Source: a virus
Taxonomy: Duplodnaviria > Heunggongvirae > Uroviricota > Caudoviricetes
DNA length: 64,000 nt
IMG/VR virus record: IMGVR_UViG_2740892439_000009
Direction: 5' to 3' (one strand)
Positions 29,806 to 40,068 of this stretch are shown here, one piece after another. Positions within the stretch are counted from its first letter, which is position 1, and the number at the start of each line of letters is the position of its first letter. The position numbers and the translations under genes are program-made. The notes under the pieces were generated by a model that worked only from the letters and a program-made list of their open reading frames with translations, ran no database searches and had not been told where the DNA came from.

Positions 29806-30164
29806 TGTCCATGAAAATGGGTGACCTAGCAAAGCGCAAAGAGCCTGATGCACCGGCTAAGAACACAACTCCTTTGCGCCAACCAGTCAGACCACAAGGA
29901 CGCCCGACTCGTGGCAAAGAGAAAATTAAAAGCCGCACCATGTCACTGGAAGACGAATACTTCGAGCTTCTGGAAATGATGAAGTTTATCCCTCGTTTCG
30001 AGAAGTTCACCCGCTCTGATGTGATTCGTGCTGCTATTTTCCATCTGGCAGAGAAGTCGCCGCAGGAAATCGAGGATATCGTGAAACTTAACGAGGCGAT
30101 CACTGCTGCCGACGTCACGATGCGTACCGATGAAATCAAACGCGAGTTGATGAAGAAAGGTTAA
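29805..30164 (+). CDS. Putative centromere-binding partner of ParA (ParG-like)
   Basis: 119-aa basic N-terminus, start overlaps parA stop. Confidence 0.45.
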   Translation: MSMKMGDLAKRKEPDAPAKNTTPLRQPVRPQGRPTRGKEKIKSRTMSLEDEYFELLEMMKFIPRFEKFTRSDVIRAAIFHLAEKSPQEIEDIVKLNEAITAADVTMRTDEIKRELMKKG

Positions 30165-30208
30165 TTTTATTGAGGTGCTGCTTGGCACCTCTTTCTATAG
30201 GTTCCCTA

Positions 30209-30928
30209 ATGCTCTACAAATATATTGGAAGTGAAGATTCGCAAAAAGTGTTACGTAACCTCAAACGGTTTGTAGAGGACGGCACTATCTCTGCTAGCGC
30301 ACCTTCTTCATTCAACGACCCATCAGAGTTCAAAGTTTCGATAACGATGGGAGGTACAGAAGTGGAGCGCCGGAAACACTTTGAAGACAATGGATGTAAG
30401 GATTTTTCCTTTGAAGACTGGGATGCTGTAGCTCCTGAAGCTGCAAAATCGTTGGCTGTGGATTTGCGGAAAGAATCATTAGGGGCTTTTGGTGTGGTGT
30501 GCTTGTCACCAAACGAAGATAACATCTTGATGTGGTCACATTACTCAGTGTCGCATAAAGGTTTCTGCATAGGCTTTGATGATGATTTTGTTACCTCTAT
30601 TGAGGGGTATCACAGCTTTGATAATGTGAAATATATACCTTCTGTTCCCGTGTTCGATGAAGTTACAGATGAGTTTAAGGTACTTTTTGATAAGCTCTTT
30701 TTCTACAAGCACGAATGCTGGAAATATGAGGAAGAACAAAGGGTTATTACTAAAAAAATAGGCGCTCAGGCATTTGATAAGAAATATATTAGAGAGATCA
30801 TTCTTGGACATAACGTTTCTCCTGAAGTAGAAGAATATGCCCGGACACAGCTAGACACGAGCATCGAGGTTTACAAAATGAGTACACCTGATGATGGTTA
30901 TCTTCTTGTCAAAGAAAAGCTGAAGTAG
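30209..30928 (+). CDS. DUF2971-family protein
   Basis: SFNDPSEF and LMWSHYSVSHKGFCIGFDDDF motifs; AT-rich gene. Confidence 0.6.
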   Translation: MLYKYIGSEDSQKVLRNLKRFVEDGTISASAPSSFNDPSEFKVSITMGGTEVERRKHFEDNGCKDFSFEDWDAVAPEAAKSLAVDLRKESLGAFGVVCLSPNEDNILMWSHYSVSHKGFCIGFDDDFVTSIEGYHSFDNVKYIPSVPVFDEVTDEFKVLFDKLFFYKHECWKYEEEQRVITKKIGAQAFDKKYIREIILGHNVSPEVEEYARTQLDTSIEVYKMSTPDDGYLLVKEKLK

Positions 30929-30994
30929 CTCCAGACTTTCCTCAAATGATTATGTTGGGCGCTTTTCTTATTGAACTGGTTAGTGAGGCTAATA

Positions 30995-32167
30995 ATGGAT
31001 TTGTTCTCAACCAAAATAGCAAAAAACAAGCTGCACGAATCTTTTAAACAGATTTATCAAGATAATACATATGCTCCAGTAAGAGAAGTGATACAGTCGT
31101 GGGGGCGTGGGTTACTGGAGCGTAGCGGTGAGCAGACTAAATTCGTTAAAGAGTTTCAGACAACCTTCAATTCCGCCTTATGGGAATTGTATCTGAACGA
31201 AATGTTTATTCGTCTCGATTATTCTGTCGACTACACAAAAGACAGTCCCGATTTCTGTGTTACTACACCGTCAGGCTACCAGTTTAACGTCGAAGCTGTG
31301 ATATCAGATCGGCCACATAATCCACCTGCAGGTGCTCTTTTTAGCGAATCAAAATTCAAACATCAATCAACGCTAAAATTAATCGGAAAAATCAAAGACA
31401 AACATGATCTTTTTACAGGAGTTAATGGCAAAAAATTCCCGTACTCTACGATGTCTCATGTAGTTAATAAGCCGTTTGTTCTGGCGCTTGCACCCTTTGA
31501 CTCCGATTTATCATTGTCTCAAAATAACACAATCATCAATCGAGTGTTGTTTGGCATTGAGGAACCTACCACCAGAAATTTGGTGACTGGCAGCCAAACT
31601 AAAGTTACCTCAATCAAAAAGAATGAAGACGTTGAAATTCCATTAGGTATATTTACTAACGACTCATATAAAGAAATAAGTGCGGTTATTTTCTCCACCA
31701 CCGGCACTTTTGGAAAAGCCGTGGTTCAAAGCGGTATCGGTAGATATGTAAGGTCAACACGATATCGAGCCATTGATGTGAATGATTTCATCGCCAATGA
31801 AGGGATGAAAAACGAGGGAAAGCACACACAAAGGATAGGACCTGATCATTTCATCACTACATATCGGCATTTTTTAAATAACGAAGTCACTGGTGCGGAT
31901 ATTGTAGTTTGCCATTCCACTGCTCATGAAGAGACGCACTTTGACGGCCTTCATATTTACTACAATCCTTTTGCGACAGTGCCACTGGACAGAAATATTT
32001 TCTTCCCCCCAGAGATAACTCATAATTTTTACGATATGGAAAAAGAACAGTCTGTTCAGAATCATCCTGATGGAGCGCTGGTATCTAGACAGGTTTTTGA
32101 ACCAACTAGAGCACATTTTAGGTATATCATGAAACATTGGTTTCCAGGCTTTCTAAAAGATGTTTAA
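30995..32167 (+). CDS. Hypothetical protein downstream of the DUF2971 gene
   Basis: ATG 30995 after TGAGG; AT-rich; no recognisable motif. Confidence 0.45.
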   Translation: MDLFSTKIAKNKLHESFKQIYQDNTYAPVREVIQSWGRGLLERSGEQTKFVKEFQTTFNSALWELYLNEMFIRLDYSVDYTKDSPDFCVTTPSGYQFNVEAVISDRPHNPPAGALFSESKFKHQSTLKLIGKIKDKHDLFTGVNGKKFPYSTMSHVVNKPFVLALAPFDSDLSLSQNNTIINRVLFGIEEPTTRNLVTGSQTKVTSIKKNEDVEIPLGIFTNDSYKEISAVIFSTTGTFGKAVVQSGIGRYVRSTRYRAIDVNDFIANEGMKNEGKHTQRIGPDHFITTYRHFLNNEVTGADIVVCHSTAHEETHFDGLHIYYNPFATVPLDRNIFFPPEITHNFYDMEKEQSVQNHPDGALVSRQVFEPTRAHFRYIMKHWFPGFLKDV

Positions 32168-32355
32168 GCATCCTGCTGGTTGAATTTGGAACCTGCTTCT
32201 GTATATAAATACTAAGTTACTTATTATTATTTATACGGAAGCAGGTCTTTTTCTATGCCAACTTCCCAGACACATTCCCTTCCGTTTCCACTTCCAAAAA
32301 CTGCCACCAGTCGCTATCATCCGCTCATTGCAATAAGTAAGTAACTACCTATCGG

Positions 32356-33105
32356 GTGAGCCACATGAGCCAAATCTTTTTTGATACCATTGACAACGAC
32401 CAGTACGACTTCATGACAGAGTGGAATACCGCTGTTATGGACAAGTGGGTCGCTGAAAACATTGGTTTGTCGCGCTGCAAAGACGAGGCTGAACTCTTCG
32501 AGACGAAGTGGTTTGATTACCGCGATATGCATCCTCTCATGGCCACCTGTCTGTTTACGGAGGCGTACAAACGTCAGTACTCAAATATCATGCTGACGCA
32601 CGGTCGCGAACACTTTGAAACAGCTCCGTTCACCACCGGGTTAAAACGCCTGCCTTATCAGGAGTTGTCGACTGCCAATAAAACGTCGCTATGGAAAGCA
32701 CGCCAGTTTGCTGATCGCTATTGCTGTTCATACGACTACTTTATCTCCACGGTTCTTTCCGCAGCTGCACGGCGTCTGTGGGACAAGTTGCCGCGCCCAC
32801 AGCATTTATGGCAGCCAGAACTGATTGAGATATTCGAAGAGAAATTATCCAGACGCGCAACAACCCGTCTGGATGACTCTCTGGTTAGCTTTAAGCATAT
32901 GGGAGACATGCAGTTCAACCCGATTCAGGAAAGCTATTTTGAGTGGATTCTGGAGCGTTTGCGCATCATCCCCCGCAGCAAGCGCATACGCGCAATTTTC
33001 TCTGCTATCTGGCTAATGGAAATCGTTCCAGAGCGCCTTATTTCCGCCCACTTTCCAGAAGAACTGGAAGAAGCACGGCGGTTTATTGATCCCCTATCTA
33101 ATTAA
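32356..33105 (+). CDS. Hypothetical protein upstream of helicase
   Basis: 249-aa ORF. Confidence 0.45.
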   Translation: MSHMSQIFFDTIDNDQYDFMTEWNTAVMDKWVAENIGLSRCKDEAELFETKWFDYRDMHPLMATCLFTEAYKRQYSNIMLTHGREHFETAPFTTGLKRLPYQELSTANKTSLWKARQFADRYCCSYDYFISTVLSAAARRLWDKLPRPQHLWQPELIEIFEEKLSRRATTRLDDSLVSFKHMGDMQFNPIQESYFEWILERLRIIPRSKRIRAIFSAIWLMEIVPERLISAHFPEELEEARRFIDPLSN

Positions 33106-33148
33106 CTAATACTAGAAAACAATTTGTTTAAAAAACAAAGGAAAGCAC

Positions 33149-34087
33149 ATGACCGAACTTTGCCATACAGGACGCGGGCTGTCCGAAGAGTTTGATGAAG
33201 ATTTCCAGAACAGACTGACGGCATATTTTTGTCGTGATCACGAGTTTCTTACTCGTGCGGGAGATCTGGTTGTGCCTAGCCAATTTGCCAATGCGGCCAA
33301 TGCCATATTGGTTAATATGGTTTCGGGCTATTACCGTATGTACAAGAGCGCGCCTTCTTCATCTGCGATTCTGGATATGCTTAAGCGCGCGAAACGCGAT
33401 AAGACCATCCGTGAGGAACTCTTCCCGGATGTTGTTGCTGCGTTTAAGCGCATCCTTGCAGAAAAATTGTCTGATACCTCGTACATGGTTGACCAGGTAT
33501 CCACATTCGCAAAAAGTGTAGCGTTTGATGATGCTCTGATTAAAGCTGCTGAACTGAAAGAGAAGGGCGACTTTCAGGGGGCGATGGCAATCATGGCCAA
33601 GGTTCAGCAGATAGGCTCGAACGAAGCGACCGGAATCTATGACTACTACACCTCCGCAAGTGAGCGATTGAAAGCGCGTGAATATGAGGCTTCAGAGGAG
33701 TATGTGCCAAACAGCATTACAACTGGACTCCCTCTGCTTGATAGATTGCTGTACCAAAAAGGCTGGGCGAAGCGTGAAATGGTGCTCTTCATGGGGTTCG
33801 CTAAATCCGGTAAATCGACCGCAATGGGTGAGTTTTCCATAAACGCAACACTTGCTGGCTACAATGTTCTGTATCTCTCGCTGGAGGTTCACACCACCAT
33901 TTTATCCGACCGTTTTGATGCAAGATTGTCGGAGACAGAAATGTCCAGGCTGGTGGAACGGCGCGATGAGGTTCATCGTAAGTTGGCAGAGTTGGGAGCA
34001 CGAAGGGGATTGGTAGTTTGTGGGTGGTTGAGCGTCCGTCAGGAAGTATGTCACCGGCAGATCTGGACCGTATGCTTAACAGCATGA
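33149..34087 (+). CDS. DnaB-like replicative helicase, N-terminal segment with Walker A
   Basis: GFAKSGKST Walker A; continues in another frame. Confidence 0.6.
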   Translation: MTELCHTGRGLSEEFDEDFQNRLTAYFCRDHEFLTRAGDLVVPSQFANAANAILVNMVSGYYRMYKSAPSSSAILDMLKRAKRDKTIREELFPDVVAAFKRILAEKLSDTSYMVDQVSTFAKSVAFDDALIKAAELKEKGDFQGAMAIMAKVQQIGSNEATGIYDYYTSASERLKAREYEASEEYVPNSITTGLPLLDRLLYQKGWAKREMVLFMGFAKSGKSTAMGEFSINATLAGYNVLYLSLEVHTTILSDRFDARLSETEMSRLVERRDEVHRKLAELGARRGLVVCGWLSVRQEVCHRQIWTVCLTA

Positions 34088-34488
34088 AAGCCAACGGCAT
34101 GGTGCCTGATATGGTTGTTGTCGACTACGCAGATTTGATGCGTGCCAGTTATGACCTTCGTGATGATCGCGCCAACATTCGTAGTATCTACACCGATTTA
34201 CGTGCTCTTTATGACAAACATAACGTTGCTGGAATCACGGCATCGCAGACAAACCGTGAAGGTGGCGCGTCAGAAGTTGCCACAATGATGCACGCCGCCG
34301 ACAACATCGAAAAAGTACGTATTGCTGACCTGGTAATAACGATCAACAAAACCGAAGAAGAAGAAGCGAAAGGAGAGGCTCGTCTCTACTTTGCTGGTTC
34401 ACGTAACCAGCAGGGAGGGATCAGCATTCGTGTTAAACAAAACCTCGAACAAATGCGCTTCATTGAGCGAATCTTAGACGTTACCTAA
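34018..34488 (+). CDS. DnaB-like helicase, C-terminal segment
   Basis: MVVVDYADLM Walker B-like and ITASQTNREG motifs; overlaps previous ORF by 70 nt in a different frame. Confidence 0.6.
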   Translation: MWVVERPSGSMSPADLDRMLNSMKANGMVPDMVVVDYADLMRASYDLRDDRANIRSIYTDLRALYDKHNVAGITASQTNREGGASEVATMMHAADNIEKVRIADLVITINKTEEEEAKGEARLYFAGSRNQQGGISIRVKQNLEQMRFIERILDVT

Positions 34489-34497
34489 AAAATAAGC

Positions 34498-35751
34498 GTG
34501 GAGAACACCTCCACGCTTGATTCATTGGTGAAACAACTTTTCTTTTGCCAAACCACAAAAGAAAAACACATGAACCTTTATATTATATCAACATTTAGGT
34601 TGGTCACAATATTGCCTGTTAAAAGTGGAATTATCGTGAGCGAGCTGAAAGAGCTAATTGCCGAATTAGATTTTGAACAATGGTTGGATACTGAAGGTAT
34701 CGTTTATCGACGTGGAGGCGTGAGTGCTCGCGGTCGTGAAGTGAATATCAAAGAGTGTCCGGTATGCGGCAGCTCCAACTGGAAGGTATATTTCAATCTG
34801 ACCAGTGGCGTCGGCAAATGCTTCGCTGGTGATCATCCCGAAGAGATTCAGTTCAATAAGCTGGTCTTCCTCAAGCACTACAGCAGTAAATCACGACGAC
34901 AGTTCGAGGAATATGTGCAGAACGCTCTTCTTTCCCAGGGGTGGGCACCAAAGAAAGAAGAGCTAGTGCTTGCAAGCACAGTCGAGTTAGAGGGGCCAGT
35001 TGCACTCCCTCGTCATTACGAACTTCCTATAGATGGCCGTCTTCCAGACTATCTGGTTGAACGAAACATATCACCTGAAATGGCAAAGTATTTTGACCTA
35101 CGATACTGCGTCGAAGGCAAGCACGCTTATGTAGATCCGTATACAGATCAGGTTAAAGGACAGATATTCGATATGCGAATACTGATACCGATTTACGATC
35201 TGGATGGGGTAATGAAGACATTTCAGGGACGAGACATTACCGGTACAGCAGAACGCCGCTACCTCTTTCCTATGCAGCTTCCAGCTTCAGGTAAATTTCT
35301 CTACAACGGCCATAATGCAGTCGGCAAACAGACTGTAGTTGTCTGTGAGGGTGCGTTCGATGTTATGGGGGTCAAACGAGCTATTTTCGACGAAGAAACA
35401 TTACGTGATTACGTGGAGCCAATAGGAACGTTCGGGATGCATCTATCTGGCAACACCACTCAGGATGCAGAAGATCAGTTGGGCGCGTTCCTGACGCTCA
35501 AGGCGCGTGGATTACGTAATGTGATCATGATGTGGGATAGTGAAAAGCAAGCTATACGCAACACTATGGCCGCAGCCAGGCGACTGACCAGTATCGGTCT
35601 TAATGTCAAAGTTGCGTGTTTGGGCGAGGAAGGACTCGACCCGGGCGGTGCAACGCCAGAACAAATTATCAAAGCCTATTATCGGGCAAAACCGTATACC
35701 AAACAGTTGGAGTTGCAAAGCAAGGTTTTGGGCATTAAGGCTCTATCGTAA
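34498..35751 (+). CDS. DNA primase (zinc ribbon plus TOPRIM)
   Basis: CPVCGSSNW...C..GDH zinc-binding motif; VVVCEGAFDVMG TOPRIM motif; true start may be internal (34570 or 34636). Confidence 0.6.
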   Translation: MENTSTLDSLVKQLFFCQTTKEKHMNLYIISTFRLVTILPVKSGIIVSELKELIAELDFEQWLDTEGIVYRRGGVSARGREVNIKECPVCGSSNWKVYFNLTSGVGKCFAGDHPEEIQFNKLVFLKHYSSKSRRQFEEYVQNALLSQGWAPKKEELVLASTVELEGPVALPRHYELPIDGRLPDYLVERNISPEMAKYFDLRYCVEGKHAYVDPYTDQVKGQIFDMRILIPIYDLDGVMKTFQGRDITGTAERRYLFPMQLPASGKFLYNGHNAVGKQTVVVCEGAFDVMGVKRAIFDEETLRDYVEPIGTFGMHLSGNTTQDAEDQLGAFLTLKARGLRNVIMMWDSEKQAIRNTMAAARRLTSIGLNVKVACLGEEGLDPGGATPEQIIKAYYRAKPYTKQLELQSKVLGIKALS

Positions 35752-35764
35752 CAAGTGCCGCCAA

Positions 35765-35786
35765 AATAAGTAGATGATTACTTATC
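35765..35786. promoter_or_regulatory. Intergenic inverted repeat AATAAGTAGATGATTACTTATC
   Basis: ATAAGTA / TACTTAT arms; motif family member. Confidence 0.4.
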
Positions 35787-35826
35787 TTTCTGTAAGAATA
35801 CTTTCATCTGTTAGCTAGGAGTTGGT

Positions 35827-36609
35827 ATGAAAGACGAAATTCAGAAATTAGCCTGCGACATCATTGATAAAACTGGTTTAGAAATCAGCGAGAGCAATCG
35901 GCTAGACATCATTGAAAAAGCCGTAAAAACAGCAATGGATCATATCGCCACTCGTTTGGTCGAGATCCCGCTACCGGGGCTACCTTATCTGAAGGTTAAG
36001 TTACACGTATGGGGTGAACCTTCTTGTGCACGGCGTTCTGCATTAGTTGTTTTTATTAGCAAAGAAAACCCGATCAGTCTTAAAGTGCAGGTTGGGGCAT
36101 GGATGGATGGCAAAGTGATCTACACAAATACCGTTTTTTGTGCGTCAAATGACAGTATTATTGAAGAGGCTATTCAAGAATCACTTCTAACTATGCATAG
36201 CTTAGTTTTGCTGGAAGACAAGCAAAACTACGAAGAGTACTTACGGTCGATAAAAGGTGAGAGAACATTGTCACTTAAAGCAGATTTCGTTACCCCGACA
36301 AACCTGTTGGAAGTCTTGCTTAATAAAGGGGCTAATGATGCCGTAAATGTAATCAGAGAGAGTGAGTATGCGTCTCTTTGCGACATGTGCAAAAGCCAGT
36401 TGGATCTGGTGCATATCGTTATTGATGCTGGGAAGGCATGTGATGGCGTAATGGCGGAATTTGCTGGGAAGGTGGTCAGGATTGCTAACGAATTACCGAT
36501 GATAGAGCAAGAGGCTAAATCATACGCCACCAATCATGTCACAGAGCTTCTTGCCCCCTATCGCTTAGAAAGCAATCAGCGCAAGATGATTAGCTGGGGA
36601 AGTTGGTAA
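35827..36609 (+). CDS. Hypothetical protein
   Basis: 260-aa ORF. Confidence 0.45.
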   Translation: MKDEIQKLACDIIDKTGLEISESNRLDIIEKAVKTAMDHIATRLVEIPLPGLPYLKVKLHVWGEPSCARRSALVVFISKENPISLKVQVGAWMDGKVIYTNTVFCASNDSIIEEAIQESLLTMHSLVLLEDKQNYEEYLRSIKGERTLSLKADFVTPTNLLEVLLNKGANDAVNVIRESEYASLCDMCKSQLDLVHIVIDAGKACDGVMAEFAGKVVRIANELPMIEQEAKSYATNHVTELLAPYRLESNQRKMISWGSW

Positions 36610-36664
36610 TCTCTCAGTGTGTCGTTTTTTACGCAAAGAATGATAGGTAAGTACAAGATTATTT

Positions 36665-37147
36665 GTGGCGGTGGTTGTGAAAGCTGATTTGTCAAAAATC
36701 CCCTCTATTTCAGGAAATAATGGTTATTCACTTCGTTGTGAGGAAGTAAAGATAAACGGTGAGTCGGCATATTGCAGCTATTCCGTTTGCCAGCACACCA
36801 TTCTTGCCTTCAAAGAAAACCGTCTTCCTCGAACTTCATTCCAGTCGTGCGCAACCGCTATCAAAGCAGGCAAATGCAAGGCGTTAAAAATGATGGTTGA
36901 AGAGATTCGTAAAGGAGAATCTCTGTATTTCGAAGATATGACCGCACTCATTAAGGAGGTTGAAGAACGGAATAAACAAGCCAGAACTATAAAACGAAAA
37001 CGTGACAGTGTAACGATTAATAGCATGGTTAAGAAGAGCGCCATATCACAAACAGCGATCACTGACGTGTATGCGGCGTTGCTTGAAGAAACAACAAAAA
37101 AAACACATGAGCAAATCGATCAACATATGGAGGCAAAACAACAATGA
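36665..37147 (+). CDS. Hypothetical Cys-rich protein
   Basis: 160-aa ORF; stop overlaps ligase start. Confidence 0.4.
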   Translation: MAVVVKADLSKIPSISGNNGYSLRCEEVKINGESAYCSYSVCQHTILAFKENRLPRTSFQSCATAIKAGKCKALKMMVEEIRKGESLYFEDMTALIKEVEERNKQARTIKRKRDSVTINSMVKKSAISQTAITDVYAALLEETTKKTHEQIDQHMEAKQQ

Positions 37148-38466
37148 AAAAGTTGATCGCACTTAAGCATAAGCTGGACGAAATGAAAGCTATGGGAACC
37201 AATGCAAAAAAAGAGGCATTGGCCAACATGGATGACTTTGAACAAAGCATGGTTTCATTGATGCTCAACCCTTTCATCCGTTTTGGGGTAAAGAAATACA
37301 AAGTGGCAAAGCCGCTTAGTGAGTCCGTCCCAAGTGACGAAAAAGCCATTGATGTACTGAATAAGCTGGCCTCTCGCGAGCTGACGGGGAACGCAGCAAT
37401 AGCAGCTGTTGAGTCTATCGTGGCGTCAATGTGCGCCGATGGGCAGGACGTGTTCCGTCGTTTCCTCTTAAAAGACCCGAAAGCAGGTGTTGGGATTAGC
37501 CTATGCAACAAGGTTTTTGAAAATCCCATTCCGAAATTCGAGGTGCAGCTGGCGTCACCGTATAAAGAAAAAGGCGACAAATACCCCTTCAAGCCAAATC
37601 CTAAAGCAAAATGGCCGATGATTGGCAGTCTTAAGCTCGATGGTTTGCGAGTAATTTGCGAGGTTATTGTTGACGAGGAAGAGGTTAACTTCCTTTCTCG
37701 TACTGGTAATCCAATCACGTCTCTCGATCACCTAAAGCCAGCAATGCTCGAATTAGGCAAACTTTCAGGCCACAAACACATCTTCTTCGATGGTGAAGGA
37801 ACAGCCGGTTCATTTAACCAGTCCGTATCTGCATTGCGCAAAAAGAACGTGCAGGCAATTGGCGCTATTTATCATGTTTTCGACTTCTTCCTACCGGAAT
37901 GGCGAGCACAGGCTAAATCCAAAGAGTATGCAAAGACAGGTATGAAGCTGAAAGAGCGCCTGGCTATTCTCGTGGCGTTGTTCAAAAACGATCGCAGTGA
38001 AGGCTACACACAAGACATTCACCTGCATCCGTTCTATATCATCCATAGCCACGAAGACTTCATCGAACGCTTCATGAAACGCCTGGACGATAACGAAGAA
38101 GGGGAGATGGGTAAAGATCCGAACTCTGTTTACGAGTTTAAACGCACCCGCAGCTGGTGGAAGTTAAAAGACGAAGATTCAGAAGATGGTGAAATTATCG
38201 ACTTTGAGCCGGGCGACCCGGACTCTGGTTTTGCCAACACGCTTGGAAAAATTGTTATTCGTCTTGAAAACGGCGTCATCGTGCGTGCGAGCGGCATTAA
38301 GCATAAATATCTGGACGAGATCTGGAACAACAAAGAGAAGTACCGTGGTCGTATTGTTGAGGTTCATTGTCACGAGAAAACACCGGATGGCAGCTTACGC
38401 CACCCACGACTGAAATGGCCGCGTTGCTTACGCGATACAGAAGATCGAATCGGAGATAAAGAATGA
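37144..38466 (+). CDS. ATP-dependent DNA ligase
   Basis: KxDGxR motif (SLKLDGLRV) and FFDGEG motif. Confidence 0.7.
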   Translation: MKKLIALKHKLDEMKAMGTNAKKEALANMDDFEQSMVSLMLNPFIRFGVKKYKVAKPLSESVPSDEKAIDVLNKLASRELTGNAAIAAVESIVASMCADGQDVFRRFLLKDPKAGVGISLCNKVFENPIPKFEVQLASPYKEKGDKYPFKPNPKAKWPMIGSLKLDGLRVICEVIVDEEEVNFLSRTGNPITSLDHLKPAMLELGKLSGHKHIFFDGEGTAGSFNQSVSALRKKNVQAIGAIYHVFDFFLPEWRAQAKSKEYAKTGMKLKERLAILVALFKNDRSEGYTQDIHLHPFYIIHSHEDFIERFMKRLDDNEEGEMGKDPNSVYEFKRTRSWWKLKDEDSEDGEIIDFEPGDPDSGFANTLGKIVIRLENGVIVRASGIKHKYLDEIWNNKEKYRGRIVEVHCHEKTPDGSLRHPRLKWPRCLRDTEDRIGDKE

Positions 38467-38639
38467 TGCTCGGCTGGATGATTGCATTTTTAGCAGTTGG
38501 TTTTTTCATCGGTATTGTGGTGATGTCCAGTTGCATTAATGACTACATTAAAAACGGTGTTATAGAAAGACGCGGTCGTATTTATCGCATTGTAGAAATA
38601 ACCAACACCCTGAAGGAGATTAAGGATGATCGTATTAAG
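38463..38639 (+). CDS. Small membrane protein (58 aa)
   Basis: ATG overlaps ligase stop; one TM. Confidence 0.35.
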
Positions 38640-38841
38640 TAAACGGGAGAAGGAAACGCTTCATGAAATCAGTAAGTGGCCGGAGTTCCCTGAGTACTGG
38701 AAGCCTAAAACGCGAGCTAAGTTAGAGCGTTTAGGGTTGGTTGCAAACGTTTCTGAAACGAAGTGTTCGGCCAACTACCAGTTAACTGATAAAGGGAAAG
38801 TATTGCTACAGCAATTAGTAGAATCAGGAGTGTTAAAATGA
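38626..38841 (+). CDS. Small hypothetical protein (71 aa)
   Basis: ORF in ATGA-coupled series. Confidence 0.4.
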   Translation: MIVLSKREKETLHEISKWPEFPEYWKPKTRAKLERLGLVANVSETKCSANYQLTDKGKVLLQQLVESGVLK

Positions 38842-38990
38842 TTCCATACATCTCATTAGCTTTTATGAGTGGCTTCCTTATCGGCTTCGGCATCTGTCGT
38901 GATTTAATTAAGCAGGAACTTAAAACCAAAACACTGTGCATCGGAAAGCGTGTGTATCGGGTAGTTCATGAAACAAAGGTTAAAAAATGA
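38838..38990 (+). CDS. Small membrane protein (50 aa)
   Basis: ATGA overlap; one TM; C-terminal KRVYRVVHETK resembles 38463 ORF. Confidence 0.35.
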   Translation: MIPYISLAFMSGFLIGFGICRDLIKQELKTKTLCIGKRVYRVVHETKVKK

Positions 38991-39277
38991 GCAATTTAAC
39001 TTCTTGGGACTGGTGGTTGGCCACCTATTTCTTAGCGGCCGGAGTCGCATTCGCCTTTTACGTAGGTCAGTTAGTCGTAAAACTGTTGCTGATTAAATTT
39101 GCTAGTCATAAACGTATCGATGATGGTCTGTGGCGTCTTGGCACCCTGGTGGAAACTCGCTACGGGCAACTTAAGGAGAACGAAACCATTACTATCCAGG
39201 CGAAACGATTCACTGCCACCATCACAAGAACACCTAGTCGTAGAGTGGCCTTGATCAAAAAAGTCACAACCGAATAA
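38987..39277 (+). CDS. Small membrane protein (96 aa)
   Basis: ATGA overlap; N-terminal TM. Confidence 0.4.
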   Translation: MSNLTSWDWWLATYFLAAGVAFAFYVGQLVVKLLLIKFASHKRIDDGLWRLGTLVETRYGQLKENETITIQAKRFTATITRTPSRRVALIKKVTTE

Positions 39278-39286
39278 AAATATCAT

Positions 39287-39308
39287 GATAAGTATTTACT
39301 TACTTATC
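39287..39308. promoter_or_regulatory. Intergenic inverted repeat GATAAGTATTTACTTACTTATC
   Basis: GATAAGTA / TACTTATC arms. Confidence 0.4.
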
Positions 39309-39691
39309 TTTTATGTATAAGATGACTTTGTTTTCGTTGAGACGCGACTGTTTGAACTTAAATACAAGTGCAAACGAAGAAGTCTATCTGGCAGTAGCCT
39401 AATAAGCCAAACACCAGCGAGGTCAGTTTCCAGCCTCGTTACCGAAATGGGACACACTGAGCGAGTGTGATTGCAGAACGCAGGATAGGGCATAGACAGC
39501 CAAACCACTATGCCCTATTCGATGAAGTAACAGAATGGGCGGTTGGTATATTTTCAACTCCATATGACTCCCGGATTCTTAGCCTCTGACCGCCCATCCT
39601 GTTACGTCATTTTGTTCAATTATGTCGTTTATACTGGGTTAAAAAGCGGCGACGTAGCCCGGCTGGTATGGTTAGCCAGCACACAACGTTG

Positions 39692-39803
39692 AGGCCATTA
39701 CATTTTTATCAATTCTAAGGTTCTATTCACAGAGATACCGGCGAGCGTTGATATGTAACATGTTGGGCAAACATTCAATCGGAGTAGTGGCCTCAACGTT
39801 GTG
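39692..39803. repeat. Perfect 15-bp inverted repeat CACAACGTTGAGGCC / GGCCTCAACGTTGTG separated by about 82 nt
   Basis: Read directly; lies in a 750-bp non-coding region with other long stems. Confidence 0.5.
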
Positions 39804-40068
39804 AAGACAGGATTGTTGTGTAGGTTTAACCACTGTTGCCATTGGTGCCTGTTTTCACAACAAATGATTCCATACATCACATTGTATAAATTACAAAGTA
39901 GGTGCTGTCCTCAAAAAACATCATCTACTTAAAGATTTTGCCTTCTATTGAGCGAAGTCGAAAACGTCTGGCACTAACGAAAAGTGCAAGTAGCGGTGCG
40001 TTTCCTGGCAGAAACTAACACCGCCGCGATTGGCACTGTTGAGTAATAAATACTGGCAGTGCTGAATT

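Noticed and set aside
37059-37718. 219-aa minus-strand ORF overlapping the ligase gene start
   Set aside because: Antisense to a gene with clear ligase motifs (KxDGxR); no independent support
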